Position numbers and translations under genes: made by a program. From the NCBI GenBank assembly GCA_028534125.1, contig CM052818.1, forward strand, positions 34,410,001 to 34,474,000: 64,000 bases of DNA, read 5' to 3'. This DNA is from Lama glama. Lineage: Eukaryota. Under the pieces are notes generated by a model, which saw only the letters and a program-made list of their open reading frames with translations, did no database searches and was not told the origin of the DNA. Shown here in pieces: positions 37,161-49,869 of this stretch (its first letter is position 1; the number at the start of each line of letters is the position of its first letter).

Positions 37161-40100
37161 GGACTGACAGCTGTGTTCCTGCTGTTCCGTAACACGTTTC
37201 AAAACCACCCTCTCCTCATTGTTGCTGTCTCGGAATCTTCCAGACAGACAGCAGCTGCTCCCAAACTTTTCTCCTGCACCCTCCACGTCCAACCTCCCAA
37301 ACGTTCTGCTTGGCTGGTGTCCTCAGAGCCTTGCTCCCGTGCTGTCCACCCTCCCTTCCTGTTCCCACACTGCTCTCCAGCCCAGCCAGCCTGCTATAGG
37401 GGCCCCCTCCCTCCCAATAGACCCCTGGGAAGTGTCACTCCTTGCCCTGTTGATTATCAGAAGGAAAGTCTCATGGATAAGAGACATTCTTTCTGCAGTC
37501 TGCGGAATAGGGGTTCTCACACCTGGTCCTCATCCACTCACTCCATAAGTAGTTATTATGCATTTACTCATTTACTATGTGCTGTGCACTAGTGAGGACT
37601 TGGGGGCAGCTTATAAGGTCTTTTCTTAGGAAATTCAGGGTTAAGAACAAACAGGAGAATTGCAAATCTTGGGAGTTTTGCAGAGCTCAGATTCTCGACC
37701 CCAGTGCCAAACGCTGGGGCCCAAAGAGGCTCAGCCAGGCTACACAGTGGCCACAGTCCCTCCTAGAAAGACCCAGCCCAAGACACCTTGTTCATGCTCC
37801 GTCAGCCTCCCATCCCAGCTTCTTAGGATACTGAGCAGCTCCTGGGCAGCCAGGCACATGTGGGCACAGCACCCCTCCCCAAAGGCCCTGGAAGGACCAC
37901 CCTACTACTGTCCAGTGGCTGGGCCAGGGCCAGAGCTTGGCACTCAGTGACCTGTGCTCCAGTCTCCCAGCAGCCCTTGGCTGGCTGAGTTATTATCTGC
38001 ATTGACAGCTGGGGAAGCAGAGGGTCAAAGGGGACAAGCAATTTGTCCAGTGAAAACTCTTTTATTATAAATGATCATCCTGCTTGGTCTGGCAGAGTCC
38101 CGGGCTGGAAGGGGTCTGAAAGACCTTTGGGTTCCTTTTTCTCCTGAGGGCGATGGCACGCACCCCCTGGGAAGAATTTGAATCTGTCCGTCCATCTGAG
38201 AAGAGGTTGGGGCGGGAGGGGTGGCAGTACCTGACTCTCGGGATCTTCCTAGTGCTTTTTTGGATCAACTTGTCAGAGCCTTTTCATGGCCACCACCTCA
38301 CTGCACCTCCCAAGTGCAGAGAGGCCTTTACAGATGAAAGTAAAGCCCACAGATGGGACAGAACTGTCCAAGGTCACAGGGCCCATCAACCTGAGCCAGT
38401 GTTGGAACCCAGGCCTCCGGCTCCAGCCAGGCTGTTTCCACCCTGCATATTCTGAACTCCCACCACATCCCCAGGAAACTCTGTCTTTGGTCTCTGATGA
38501 GGAGCTGGCCTGCGCACCCATAACATTCACGTCTTGGCTCCCACGCACTAGGGCTGTCCTCTGAGTGCACCGTATTCAGCCAGAGGGTAGGGAACTGGGC
38601 ATGGAGGGAAGGCAGCGGGCCAGGGGTGGGTGGGGGTGTCCTGATCACCCACAGCCCAGGCAGGGACAGCTGGGCCCAGTGATAATCCTCGGGCTGTATT
38701 TAGGCCACTGCCCTGGATTCCTCCTTCACCCTCAGATACTGTCCCTGGTTCATTTAAAAAAAGCAGCGGATTGGATAGATGGAGCAATTCTACTTTCCAG
38801 CCCCAAATGTCCACTGCCGTTAGTCGTGTGCCTCATGGTTACGAGTCCTGTCCACACTCTATCTTGTTTGAGTCTCACAGTAGGTCCGTAAAGCACAGCG
38901 GACCCCCTACTTCTACAGACAAAGTGACTGAGTCTGTGAGAAGTTACAAGCTCTGCCCACAACAACACAATTCCAAAAGTACATTTGCACCCAAGACCTG
39001 TTTTTTCTCCATACTTCTCCATCTACTAGGGAAGGTGAAATCAAGGTCCCCGATGGGCAACATTTGTGTGAGTGTCTATGTGTGAATACACGTATGCAGC
39101 AAGGGAAGGAAGCGGGTGGGAAGGGGCTGGTGGTCTGGACAGTTGGTGATTGAGGGGGAAACGGCTTTTCCTATCTCTGACTGGGATGCTCGCCCAGCCT
39201 GCCCTTGGGTGGCAGATCACACATGTGGGTCTCGTGTACCAGAGAGGCCTGCACTCATTTCAGGAGGGCCCTTCCCAGTGCCCAGCCTCTCAGGCTCCTG
39301 TGGCAGGCCTGGGAATTGTCGGATTCCCCAGTCCCCAAGCCAGGCCCCACCCCTAGTGCCCGGACTCCAGAGTGAGTAAATGTTCCACTGAGAAAGGAGA
39401 GAGAACAAAGGGATGGGCCTGGCCTGCCAAGCGCCCCAGCCCAGCCTCCCAGGCTCCCACCCCAGGGCCCCACCTCACAGGGCCTGAGGTCACTCTGAGC
39501 CTTTCATCTCATTGGAGAGAAGCACACTGGCTCTCCCAGCCCTGCCTCCCAGGAGAAAAAGGGGGCTGACCCGGGGCCTCCCCAAATGGTGCTGGGGACT
39601 TCAGATCTTACTCACCCAGGGTTGTAGGTAGGGCCACTCTGTCCATTCAGCAGAGTTCAGACAGCCGGCCTCCTGCCTCACCACCCCAGCCTGCCCTGAA
39701 ATCTGTGCCGTGCCTGGCTCTGTGCTGGGACATCACACACACATCATCTCACTTAATCCTCAAAGTCATCCTCATTTACAACTGGGGAGCAGAGGATCAA
39801 AGGGGTCACACAGCTGATGAAGGGCAGCGGCATCTCAACCGCCAGCGCTTACTCCCCTGCCCCCCGGGGGGGGGGGTCCCCGACTCCCCGCTGCAGAGTC
39901 AGAGCTGGGCGGGCAATCTGGCAGCTGGCACACTCCCTGCATTTTCAAGCATCATTAGATCTTTTTCTGACAACTTCATCAGTTAGCAGGGCTCAGAATT
40001 GGCAAAAATCCTTATTTAGACATTTAGCCAAAGAATTAAGAAGTGGTTCGTTTCAGAAAAAGCTCAGTGATGTAGGACACGGTCTCTGCTCTGGCCGGAG

Positions 40101-43100
40101 CAGTCCGCAGCAGAGAGACGGGATCTGGCCTCCAGCCTTGGCTGCACCAGATACCAGCAGCCTCGGGCATGTCACTGCTCTTCTCGGGGCCTCAGTTTCC
40201 TTATCTTCCAAGTGGATGTGTAATGCCTCCCACACAGGTAGTTAGGAAAGCCTGGATGGTGGGGGAGAGCTCTGGGTTCCAGTTTTAGCTTTTCCCTCCT
40301 GGGACTGGCCTTGGGCCAATTCCTTCCTTCTTGGCCTCAACTTTCTATCTAGACTCCAGCACATGACCTGCAGCTCTAAGCTGGGGGCAGTGGGGGTGTA
40401 GGGAGCCTGTGGGATGACCAAGGGCAGCCCCTCCCCCAGTGATACTACACCTGCAGTGGCCTCTGATTGGTGCCTCTAGAAAGGGGCGGTTGGTAACCCT
40501 CCCCCTGCTCGCCTGTGTACAGTTTGCTTAGCCGTGGTTCACATTGTTGCTGGGGGCGAGTGAGCGAGCAGAACTAGAAAGTGGTCTGGTTTTCATCTGT
40601 ACAGAGTCTGACCGTCCCCCTGCCACCTCACAAGTCGCATCTTATGGAACCCTCTCCCTGATTCTGGGAAGTCACTATTGTTACTGCATGCAGTTCAAAG
40701 CAGAATCAGACCAGGACCATTGACCACAGCCCTGCTTGCCTCACTTATCACACCTCTTGCTTCTGAGGGGTATTCCTCATCAGGTCACACCCACTTAGAC
40801 CTGTAATTGGTTCTGTCAATGATCCGACTTTTTCTCAAATTTCCCAAGAGCAGTTGCCCTTGTGGAGGGAGAGGGGGCTCTCGAACTAGGTGGTCCTGAG
40901 TCTGAATGCTTCAAGGCAAGTCGCTTAACTTGGAGCCTCAACTTCCTCACCCTGGAGATGGGAAGGCCATTAGGACATCGAGGCATCAGGATTCAATGAG
41001 ACGTGCCCTGCCCCCTTCCCCGCATTGGATACACACATCATCTCATTGCTTCTGCCCATGAGCGGTATCTGGCAGTCAAGGCACGAAGGACCAGCCCATG
41101 GCGGGATGTGGAAGTGGGGACTCTGGCAGGTGGAAGGACTGGCCATTGGTGGAGTCAGCAGTGACTGGGCCGACACTGGGTGCCATGCGTGCACTGGCTC
41201 TGCTGGGTTCTACCCACTTGGAAAAGCGTTCACGTGGCCAAGGTGAGAAGTGAATCCGGGCCTCCTTCCAGAGGTGAGGCCTCCTCCCTCCTGGCTGCAG
41301 ATGACACCGAGGGGATCACTGAAAAGTACAGCTCGCACCCAAATTCCCTGGCAGCACAGAGGGAACGGGCTGCAGAGGGCTTGGGGACATGCTTGCCCGG
41401 CACCCTGGTCCCAGTCCTGTGCTCTCAGAGTATAAGATAAACAAACCCCATCTCGGCTTTTCAAGAGTCCGGGTCCCCAGGGCCCTTCTCAGCCTGTTGG
41501 CTTGAGGCTTTATTCCACTCATGTCTTTTCTGATAACTTCATTTGTGCCCCCAGAGACCTCAGGCTTGTTTAAAAATAGAAAAATAAACAACATTGTTCC
41601 TGAAGTGCCCCCTCCCCGCTTCGGGCCTCCTAATGAGGTGCTGGCTGGGCTGGCCGGGGCTCTGTTCCCAGGATTTTCGACCCTCTGTAGGCCTCGGGCC
41701 TCTGCTGTCTCCTCCGGCACAAGACGCCCCGTGGCTCAGAAGGGCTTCCCAGTGGCATGGCTGCAGGGAGGCCTTGTGCCGCCTGCTTGGAGATCCAGGC
41801 CACCACAGCTCACACAGCTGGGGTGCAGGGACGCGTTCACCCAGGCAGAAGGCCAGGCCAGGCCCCACGCAGGCCCAACCACAGAAGGCGGCCGTGCAAG
41901 AGACCTTCCCTCCTCTTAGCGCTGGCCTCAGCCCCTAACAGAACACAGACCCCTTCCGTGTGCCGGGCACTGGGTGAGGCACCCAGGATGCAGCCGCTCA
42001 AATCTCTCAGGCTCATTGGGCTTGTTGTTCAAAGTCCTGGGCTGGAGTTTGCATTTTGTGTTTAACCTCAGTTTTCCCCACCTGCAAAATGGACCTAATG
42101 ATAGCAGCGCTGCCTATCTCAGAGGGTTTGGACGCAGCCTGCATGAGAGGATGGCTGTGAAAACGTTCAAATGCTCCAGGCAGGTGGGTGGGATTTCAGG
42201 CAGCGTTCAGAGAGGACTAGCATCTGGAGGCAAGGAGTAGCTGTGCCCCTCTGAGCAGTGGGACCTTTTAGTGGGGTCTTTTAGAACGAGCATCAACCTC
42301 ACACCAAGGGGTTAGAGGGATGGGGGCAGGGTCCCTGGATAGCCACCAGGTCAGTAGGGACCCAAAGCCACACCACTGGGAAGGTGGCTAAGAAATGGCA
42401 CTCTACCTGAGGAAGGACTTGGGATGACGTGCCCTCTTTACACATTTGCTAGGGGTGGGGGAGGAACTGGATGGGCTCTGCGGTAGCGCTAATGTGGGAG
42501 AAGTGACCCTGCGGGGTGGGCTTCCGTTGGCCCTCAGGCTAAAAATTCCTAAGTAGATCACACTCTCAGAAGCAAGACTAGGCCCATTCAGGACCGAGCA
42601 AGCTCCCTGTCCCTGGAGGCCTCCCAGCACAAGCCACTGGAATGCAGTGCAGGGAAATCAGGCTTCAGGTCGGGCGCCCACTTGCCCAGGAAGTTGAAGC
42701 AGAGATGGTCGGTGTCCTTCCGTCCGCTGAAAGTTCCTGCAACCTGGGCTCTGGCAAGGCTCTGGGCGAGGAGTCACCTACTTCCCTCTTTTGGCCTGAG
42801 GCCAAATGCCAGAGGCAGTGCTCCCAGTATACTGAGGGGAACTGAAGCCATGTCTCGGGCAGCAGAAAAGGTGATGATCAGAAACAGGTTCTCTTTGGAG
42901 ATGATTGGAGGCGCCTACTCATCTTGCGCCTGGCCCCCGCTGATCCAGAGCCCCTCCCTTGCCCCCGGGCTCCAGCAGGCCCCTCAGAAGGGTGGTCAGG
43001 GAGAACAGTTGGTGGGGCAGCTCTGGATTGGTGCCCAGGTCCTTGTCTGCACAAGCAGTGCCTTGCCTGGCCAGCTGCTTCTGCTTGCTGTCTCCCAGGC

Positions 43101-44289
43101 AAAGGGCCTCCCGGAATAGGGAGACTTACGTGGGAGAGGGGAGGCTGCCCAACAGGGCCAGGCAGCTGAGGTGGCCCGGTCTCCATTCTCAAATGCCATC
43201 CTCTTTAGAAAGGCCTCTGCACCAGCAGGGACCCTGGGGAGAAGAGAGGCCAGGACCACTGTGCTTTCCCAGGCACACTAACTGACGGCAGCACGAGCAA
43301 GCCGACGATGCTCTTAAAACCTGGTAGAATTATCAGGAAAAATGGGAGCTGCTCACTACTTGCTAGTTAACCATCTGATAGCTACATATTTTGGAATGTA
43401 TCTTGAAAGGTACAGGCAGAGACCATGAGATGACCTGGCGCCTTCTTCCACTGAACTTCCATTCTCCAGGAGCATTTCCTGCCAAGCCTTGCTTGCAGGA
43501 GAAGGAGCCCACTGCTCTCTGGGTCTGGGAGCCAAGAGTCCAGCTCTGCCTGGGGTCCAGTCCTTGTCCTGCAGAGAGCAAAGCCGCAAAGAGAAGTAAA
43601 AGCTATTGCTTCCAATCCCTTAGGAATAAAAATTTGTTTGCTTGCTTAGCAAATTGTCTCTGGAACGTATTTTCTTTTTTAACTTGCTTTTTACTTATTG
43701 TTAAAATACTATGTCAGCCTTAAAAACACATTTTCTAAAAAGTAACTTTTTCGCATCCTATCAGAAGTTGTCATTTTCTGTTTTCTTTTGCCACCTTTCC
43801 CCTCAGGCACACTTGATTTTACATCACTGTAGGCAAACAGAGATAAAATTTTATTTTGTGCCTTTTTTTCCATTAGGCATAAATGTTTTTCATGTTGCTA
43901 TGTAGTCTGTGTCAATAACATTTTAATGGTTGCATAATTGCATTCGGTTCTGATTTACTGAACGATCCCTCATGGTAGGACGTTAACATTGTTTCCAGGT
44001 CTGGATATTTTTTTTTTTTTGCTACTATAAATAATTTTTCAGTCAACAGCCCCACGTATTATTTTCCTTGTTTTGAAAAATTATTTTCCTAGCTTAGATT
44101 TCCAGGTTCTTCTTGGAAGCATTAGATAGGACCATCCACTCTGGGAATTGGAACCACGCAACCACTAAAATGATGATTATATTGACTATGTAGCAACATG
44201 GGAAAACATTTATGTCTCATGGGGCCGGGTCAGGGTAGGGTGTGGGCGGGGAGAAGCACAAAATAAAAAAAGTGGGTTAAATATCCTTA

Positions 44290-44700
44290 ACCCAAGTCAA
44301 TCATAAAAGATAGAGCCCTGTGGCACGTCACTAGAGAATTTTCTCCAAGTTGACATAGGTGCGTAAAGGTCCCTTTGCCTGTGGTTCTTCAGTAGGCACT
44401 TATGTGTGTGTTGTTGTTCAACCACGTCCTCCATCCTCCGTGAGGGTATTGTGTGAGCACTTCTCGGATGTGCCGTGCGGCTGGGGCTGCAGACCTTCAT
44501 ACTCTTCCTATGACCCAGCATCGTCTCACCCAGTCACCCCTCCCCACAAATGCCCAAATTTGAAGGACATTTTTCACTCCTCGTCTTGGCCCTTCTTGAG
44601 CCACATCAGCAACAGCCGTAAGCTCTCAGCCTGGACCCAGGAGCTTGACAGCTCCATGTGCATTTCTCCGTTTTGATGCAGCCTCTTCCTGGAACACACT
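44290..44700 (-). mobile_element. L3/CR1 reverse-transcriptase fragment
   Basis: Minus-strand ORF 44297-44521 ends STWRKFSSDVPQGSI, resembling the RT motif SGVPQGS. Confidence 0.65.
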
Positions 44701-47049
44701 CCACACAAAGAGCTCAGGTCAGAGGGTCAGACAGACCTGGGATCACATTCCTGGTCTTCCTTTTATTTGGTGAAGTTATTTAACCTTTTTGCTCCTTCAT
44801 CTATACAATGAAGTTACCGAGATCCTCTCTTTGGGTTGTTGGAAAGAACAAGTGGGCAACACACATGTGTGTGCCTGACACAGCACCTGATATGCAGTAA
44901 CTCTTTTTAACAAGCCCCAGTTTTTCACCTTCCTGCCTGTCCGCTTGAACCCCAGGGAAAGGATGGGTAAGATGTGGTCTGGCCAACAGTAGGTGCTTCA
45001 TGGATGCCTGGGTGATGACGAGTCACGCCTGGCTGGCTGGGTCCTTAGCAGTCAAGTGCAGTCTGCTGGGGTTGGGGCAATGCTCCCCGGATACAGGGGA
45101 AAGAGAAGAATAGGAAGTTGGGGTTTCAAAAGTCCAATAATCCAAAACATCAGGGAGTGAAATAATGAAGGACTTTGAGTTGCTTTGGTTTGGACTTTTC
45201 TGTGTTAAAAGAGTTATTGGGCATCACAGGGAAAGAGAGAGCAGCATCTGTGGTTGATAGAGAGGCTGTGGTGTGAGCTCGTCTCAGTTTACATCAGTTA
45301 ATTCAAAGTGAGGGGCGAAACAGATCAACTGGTGTCTCTTAGATGTAGTGATAAAAGAGAAATTGTTGTCTTGACGCAAAGATACACATCTTACAGAGTT
45401 CACAGGGGAACATGTTCCCAGGGTGCCTGGGGTGAGTGTCCCCAAACAGCTGCAAAGCAGCCCCAACACTGTCTGAGAAGCCCTCCTGCTTACAGACAGG
45501 AAGGCAGCTTATAAACAGCAGGCGGGACCAGGAGGACTGGGGGGAGGCGCGGCCCTGCTGCTCCGCTCCGCTTCCCTCCCGTGAGAAGCCGAGTGGCCCC
45601 CGTTCTGGGCTCTTCCCTGAAATGCCCGCTGCCTGGTCTGCCCAGGGTGACCCCATCGCCTCAGTCACTCTTCCCTGCTTTGCGCAGACTGCCTTTAAAT
45701 TACAGGTACAGACTGTGTTTTAATAGGTTTTTTATATTGGCCGTTTGGAACTTTGTTTGCATTTTCCACAGAAAAACCCTATAAACTGTTGTTAGGTTCC
45801 CAGCCTGAGCCACAGGCCGGTGCTCCTCATGGTGCAACAGTGTGAAAATTGAGAAAACTATCCTGTTGCCATCCTCTTGGAGCCCTCACGCACCTGGGGG
45901 CCTCCCAAAATCAAGTTGAAATGTCTGTGTGCTACCCTCCATCCGATTCTATGCCCTCTAAGTGTACAGAGCCTCCCCCATTCCTTTGTTCTTTTGGGGA
46001 GGAGTTGGTGAGGAGGGATTGGGAGGGACAAGAGGGACTCATGTCTTCCTTCAGTCCCCTCTGCCTCCATCCTCTGCACATCTGCTTCACTTCAAATTTA
46101 CCCAAACAAAATCCCCAGCCATTTTATACTGGTTTCCACAAAAACTCCACTCCTGCTAAGCACTGTATGAGTTTCAGTTGGTGCCACTGAGGGCTGGGGA
46201 GGATGGGTCCCAGGAAGTGTCCCATCTTGAAGCCTTTGCATCCACTGCCTCCTCTCTTCTTCCTCTTCCATCCAGCCTCCTCGGCCTCTGTCTCCTGAGG
46301 GCCTCCAGGCCCCCACTTCCCTCCTCAATTGGGCTGAGACAGCCGCTCTCTCCATCCAGGTCCCCCAGCCCCCGAGCCCATGGGTCTTCCCACCCACAGA
46401 CCCTCCTCCCCAGATGCTCTTGAGTGTCAATAGCAATTCCCCCCTCCCCATTCTCCTAGTAATTCCATAAAACAGCAAAGCTGGAGGATTGAACCAGGGA
46501 GTCATTTCTTCAGCAAGAGCACTTTATTTGGTGCTCCGGGAGAAGTGGTTTTCATCAGAAGGGCTAAGGCAGTGAATGGAGACATTTCCTAAATAAATCT
46601 GGCAGAAATTGGAAGGGGCAAGTTAGAGGGAAAACGGTTAAAGGACAGGCTTGTAGGAGAGACAGTATGTCACAGGTGGAATTGACTATAAGCAATGAGA
46701 GAGAGTGAGAGACAGAGGGCCCCACGTGGGTTGGGGGTGATGTAACTTGCCTGCCTCTGCAGGACCTGGCCGCAGTCTGTTGGGCTGGGGCATGGAGTGT
46801 GGAGGGAAGTTAGAGGGAGCAGAAGGAAGCTTTGTGAGGTGTCTCTGCAAACGCATGTTTTCAAGTTGAGCGTTTGCCTTGGGGAAAGGCTAGAGGTTGT
46901 CTGTGCTGTACACCCCCTCCCCGTCTTTGCTGGATGGGAGCCTGTGTCCTGGAGAGGACGATAAGGGATGGGAGAGGGAGAGTGGGCAGCATCTGATGTC
47001 ATGTCTCTGCCACTTGTTAGCACTGTGACTTTGACCAGGTTGTCACTGA

Positions 47050-47190
47050 GTGAAGTACCTGGGCAGTTTGCTAAGATACAGATCCCTGGGCCCTGCCCCC
47101 AGAGATGCTGACTCAGAAAGTCCACAGTGGGGTAAGGAGTGTGAATTTTGATTATAGCTCCCTGTGGGACTCAGACACATGGCCAGTGTG
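47050..47190. mobile_element. MER5-like MITE nested in a MIR
   Basis: acctgggcagtttgctaagatacagatccctgggccctgcccccagagatgctgactcag. Confidence 0.65.
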
Positions 47191-49553
47191 CTAGCTTCTC
47201 TGGGATACGATAGCCGCATCTGCAGAATGAGGTTATGCAGAGGTGGGCCCGCAACACATTAGCCCCTTCTCACCCGTCTTCTCACCAGAGCTGATCCCTG
47301 AGTCCCCTTAAGATTTCACACAGAGGTGACGCCCCTGGCTGCAGTCAGCAGCTGCCCCCGAAGAATCACTGAGCCACGGGCACTCATGGGAGCCCAAACT
47401 GACATTTCTCTGCCCATCGGCAGGCAGGGTGAGCTCCTGGCAACAAGTTGGCCCAGGTAATAACTTTCCTTGAGAGCTCAACTGACAGGTCTACCAGTGC
47501 CCTGGAAGTGCTGGTGATGCAAATGGGAGGGCAGTGCGGTTGGGGTGGAGAGATTAGTAATGGTAGTTAAAGTTTACGGGGGGCCTGCCAGGATGAGATG
47601 TTTTGCAAGTATGGTCTCATTCGATCCTCGTAAAATGGCATGAGCAAAGTTATGATTCTGCCCATTGTACAGATGGAGAAAAAGAGAGGCTCAGCCATCT
47701 GCCCAAGTTCACACACCTTGTTTTGTTGTTATTCTTGTTCCTCAGGAACTTGAATATTATTTAATGTGTTGTAAGACATGCTAGAGTTGATCCCAAGCTG
47801 TTAAAATACTAATATACAAACGTGGATAGACACTTACCTGTGATATGAGTGAATTTTGCTTTTCCTGTAACAGATTTGATAAATAAGTGAGGGGACAACT
47901 GGTCTTTTGGGTTTCTCTCTCTCTTTTTTCTTCTCTTTTGGCAAGTTACACTATTAAAAAATTGGGATCATATAAACCTCAAAAGCTACAAGATGCCAGA
48001 ATCTTGTAGATGTCAAATAAAAAGTTATTATATTAACTTTTTAGAGTCAGTCTGACCCCAGGGCATCGGCCCCTCTGACTCCCCGCCTCAGGCCTCTCAC
48101 CACACACTGCCAGGCTCCCGGGCCACCCCGGAAGACTCAGGCCTGCAGTCCTCTGATCTCCTCTGTGTCAGCAGGTAGCTCTTCTGGAAGGATCCTCAGG
48201 GCAGTGGCAGGTACCCCTAGAATCAGAGAAGAGACTGGTCTGGTGGGTCTGAGCCAGGTTCAGGCCACGTGGTCCCATGAATGTTTAATAATACTTAACA
48301 TTTTTACTGCCTTTCTCCCCAATTTGTTCCATTAGCAATCCACTTCCAGCTGTTGACAGGACACATCCTTAGCTTGTCCCTGCCAACCCATCTGTCACCA
48401 GGAGACAGCTCCCTTACGGGCCTCTCTGTTTTTAGACTTCAGGAGGTTTGAATATCTACAACACTGAGACTGTCCCTTTCTTATAAACAACCAGTGGGAA
48501 GGCTGCCTCTGGGGCCTGGCCAACAGAGGGAGTGCATTCACCTAAGTGGATTCCTCATCCCCCGTGCTCCCTGCCCACAACCTCCCTGAAATGACAATGC
48601 CAGGCTTCTCTCCACCTGGTGAAGATCACATAGGCCAATCTGGGACTTTGAGTATTCAGGGTCCCGGTTAAGCCCCACTGTTGCCCTCCCCTACTTAACA
48701 TTTTTATCCTTCCAGGTGACCCCTGGGCAGCCTGGAAGGGGAGGAGACAGCTGGGGGTGCAGGAGGCATGTGGAGAAGGCAAGGCCCCGCTGCCTTGCCT
48801 AGTTCCCTGGTCCCCGACCCACAGCATCTCCCACTGTCCCACGACATCTCTCCCTGCTTGTTCTGACCTTGGCTCCTGCTCTGTCTCTGTCTCCTGGCTG
48901 CTTTCTCCCTCCTGCCCCTTTGTCAGTCCTACCTCCCAGCAACACTAGCTCATCCTACTCTTGTCCTTTCTCTTTGCTTGGACGTGATTCAGACACTTCT
49001 ACCCTGCCTGTTTCCACAGAGACTTCTGTAAGTGTCTAAGCTGAGTCTCGTGGAAGACAGCGGTGTCATCTTCATTGTTCTGGGGGCCCCAGGACCTAGT
49101 TCAGTGCCTGGTGCATAGTAGCTCACCTAAGCCCTTGCTACAAGGGCTTGAAGTTCAGGCCATGAGTCCTGTGTCTTTCACCCCTAGCTGAGAAAGACAC
49201 ATCCTTTGGGTCTGCTGGTTTATTTTCTGAGCAACTGCCAACTGGCAGGGGCACGGGACTCAGGGCAATGCCCCAAACCTTGCCTGCTCTGTGTGCGCGG
49301 GAATGTGATTCTGGGAACTTTTCTTGGAAAAAAAAATCGCATACTTAGCAGAGTCAGTAGCACTGTAGACAAAGCATCGCCTTAGGAGTCTGAGTCTCCT
49401 TCTCTGGGCTCTAGTTTCTCCTCCTTGTAAAACATAATGGTAATGTCTATCCTGCCACCTGCCCGCAAGACAGTCAGCCTAACCCATTGCCTTGCACACA
49501 GTAGGTGCTCACCTATGCTGGGGTTGAGAACTGACAGAACGACTCTAACTCAA

Positions 49554-49572
49554 CACTGCCACCTTCTGGTGA
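49554..49572 (-). promoter_or_regulatory. Candidate CTCF site
   Basis: Minus strand TCACCAGAAGGTGGCAGTG, one mismatch to CCASYAGRKGGCRS. Confidence 0.45.
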
Positions 49573-49869
49573 AGGGTGACTCCATTCAGACCCAGAACTA
49601 GGAATTCCTCCACACAACTGGGTTGAAGGAAGAGAAGCCTTCAGTTCAGCCCAGAAGCTCATCCACCTGTGGCTTCCAAGTCAATACTGCTGGTGACAGG
49701 AGCTCCATTTTTAAGGGGCAGCCACTTCCCAGGTGCAAGTAGTCCAGAAGTACAGGGTGAGAATGGGCTCCCATCCGCCAGCTAATAGACCTGGAATTCC
49801 TGACTCACTCTTTTTTCCCAGTGATCAACTCCCACCAATGGGTGAGGGATCTTTTTTTCACTTAAATAA

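Noticed and set aside
39860-39876. C6-G11 homopolymer junction (also G11 at 53441-53451)
   Set aside because: Simple homopolymers of unreliable length in a draft assembly; no functional evidence
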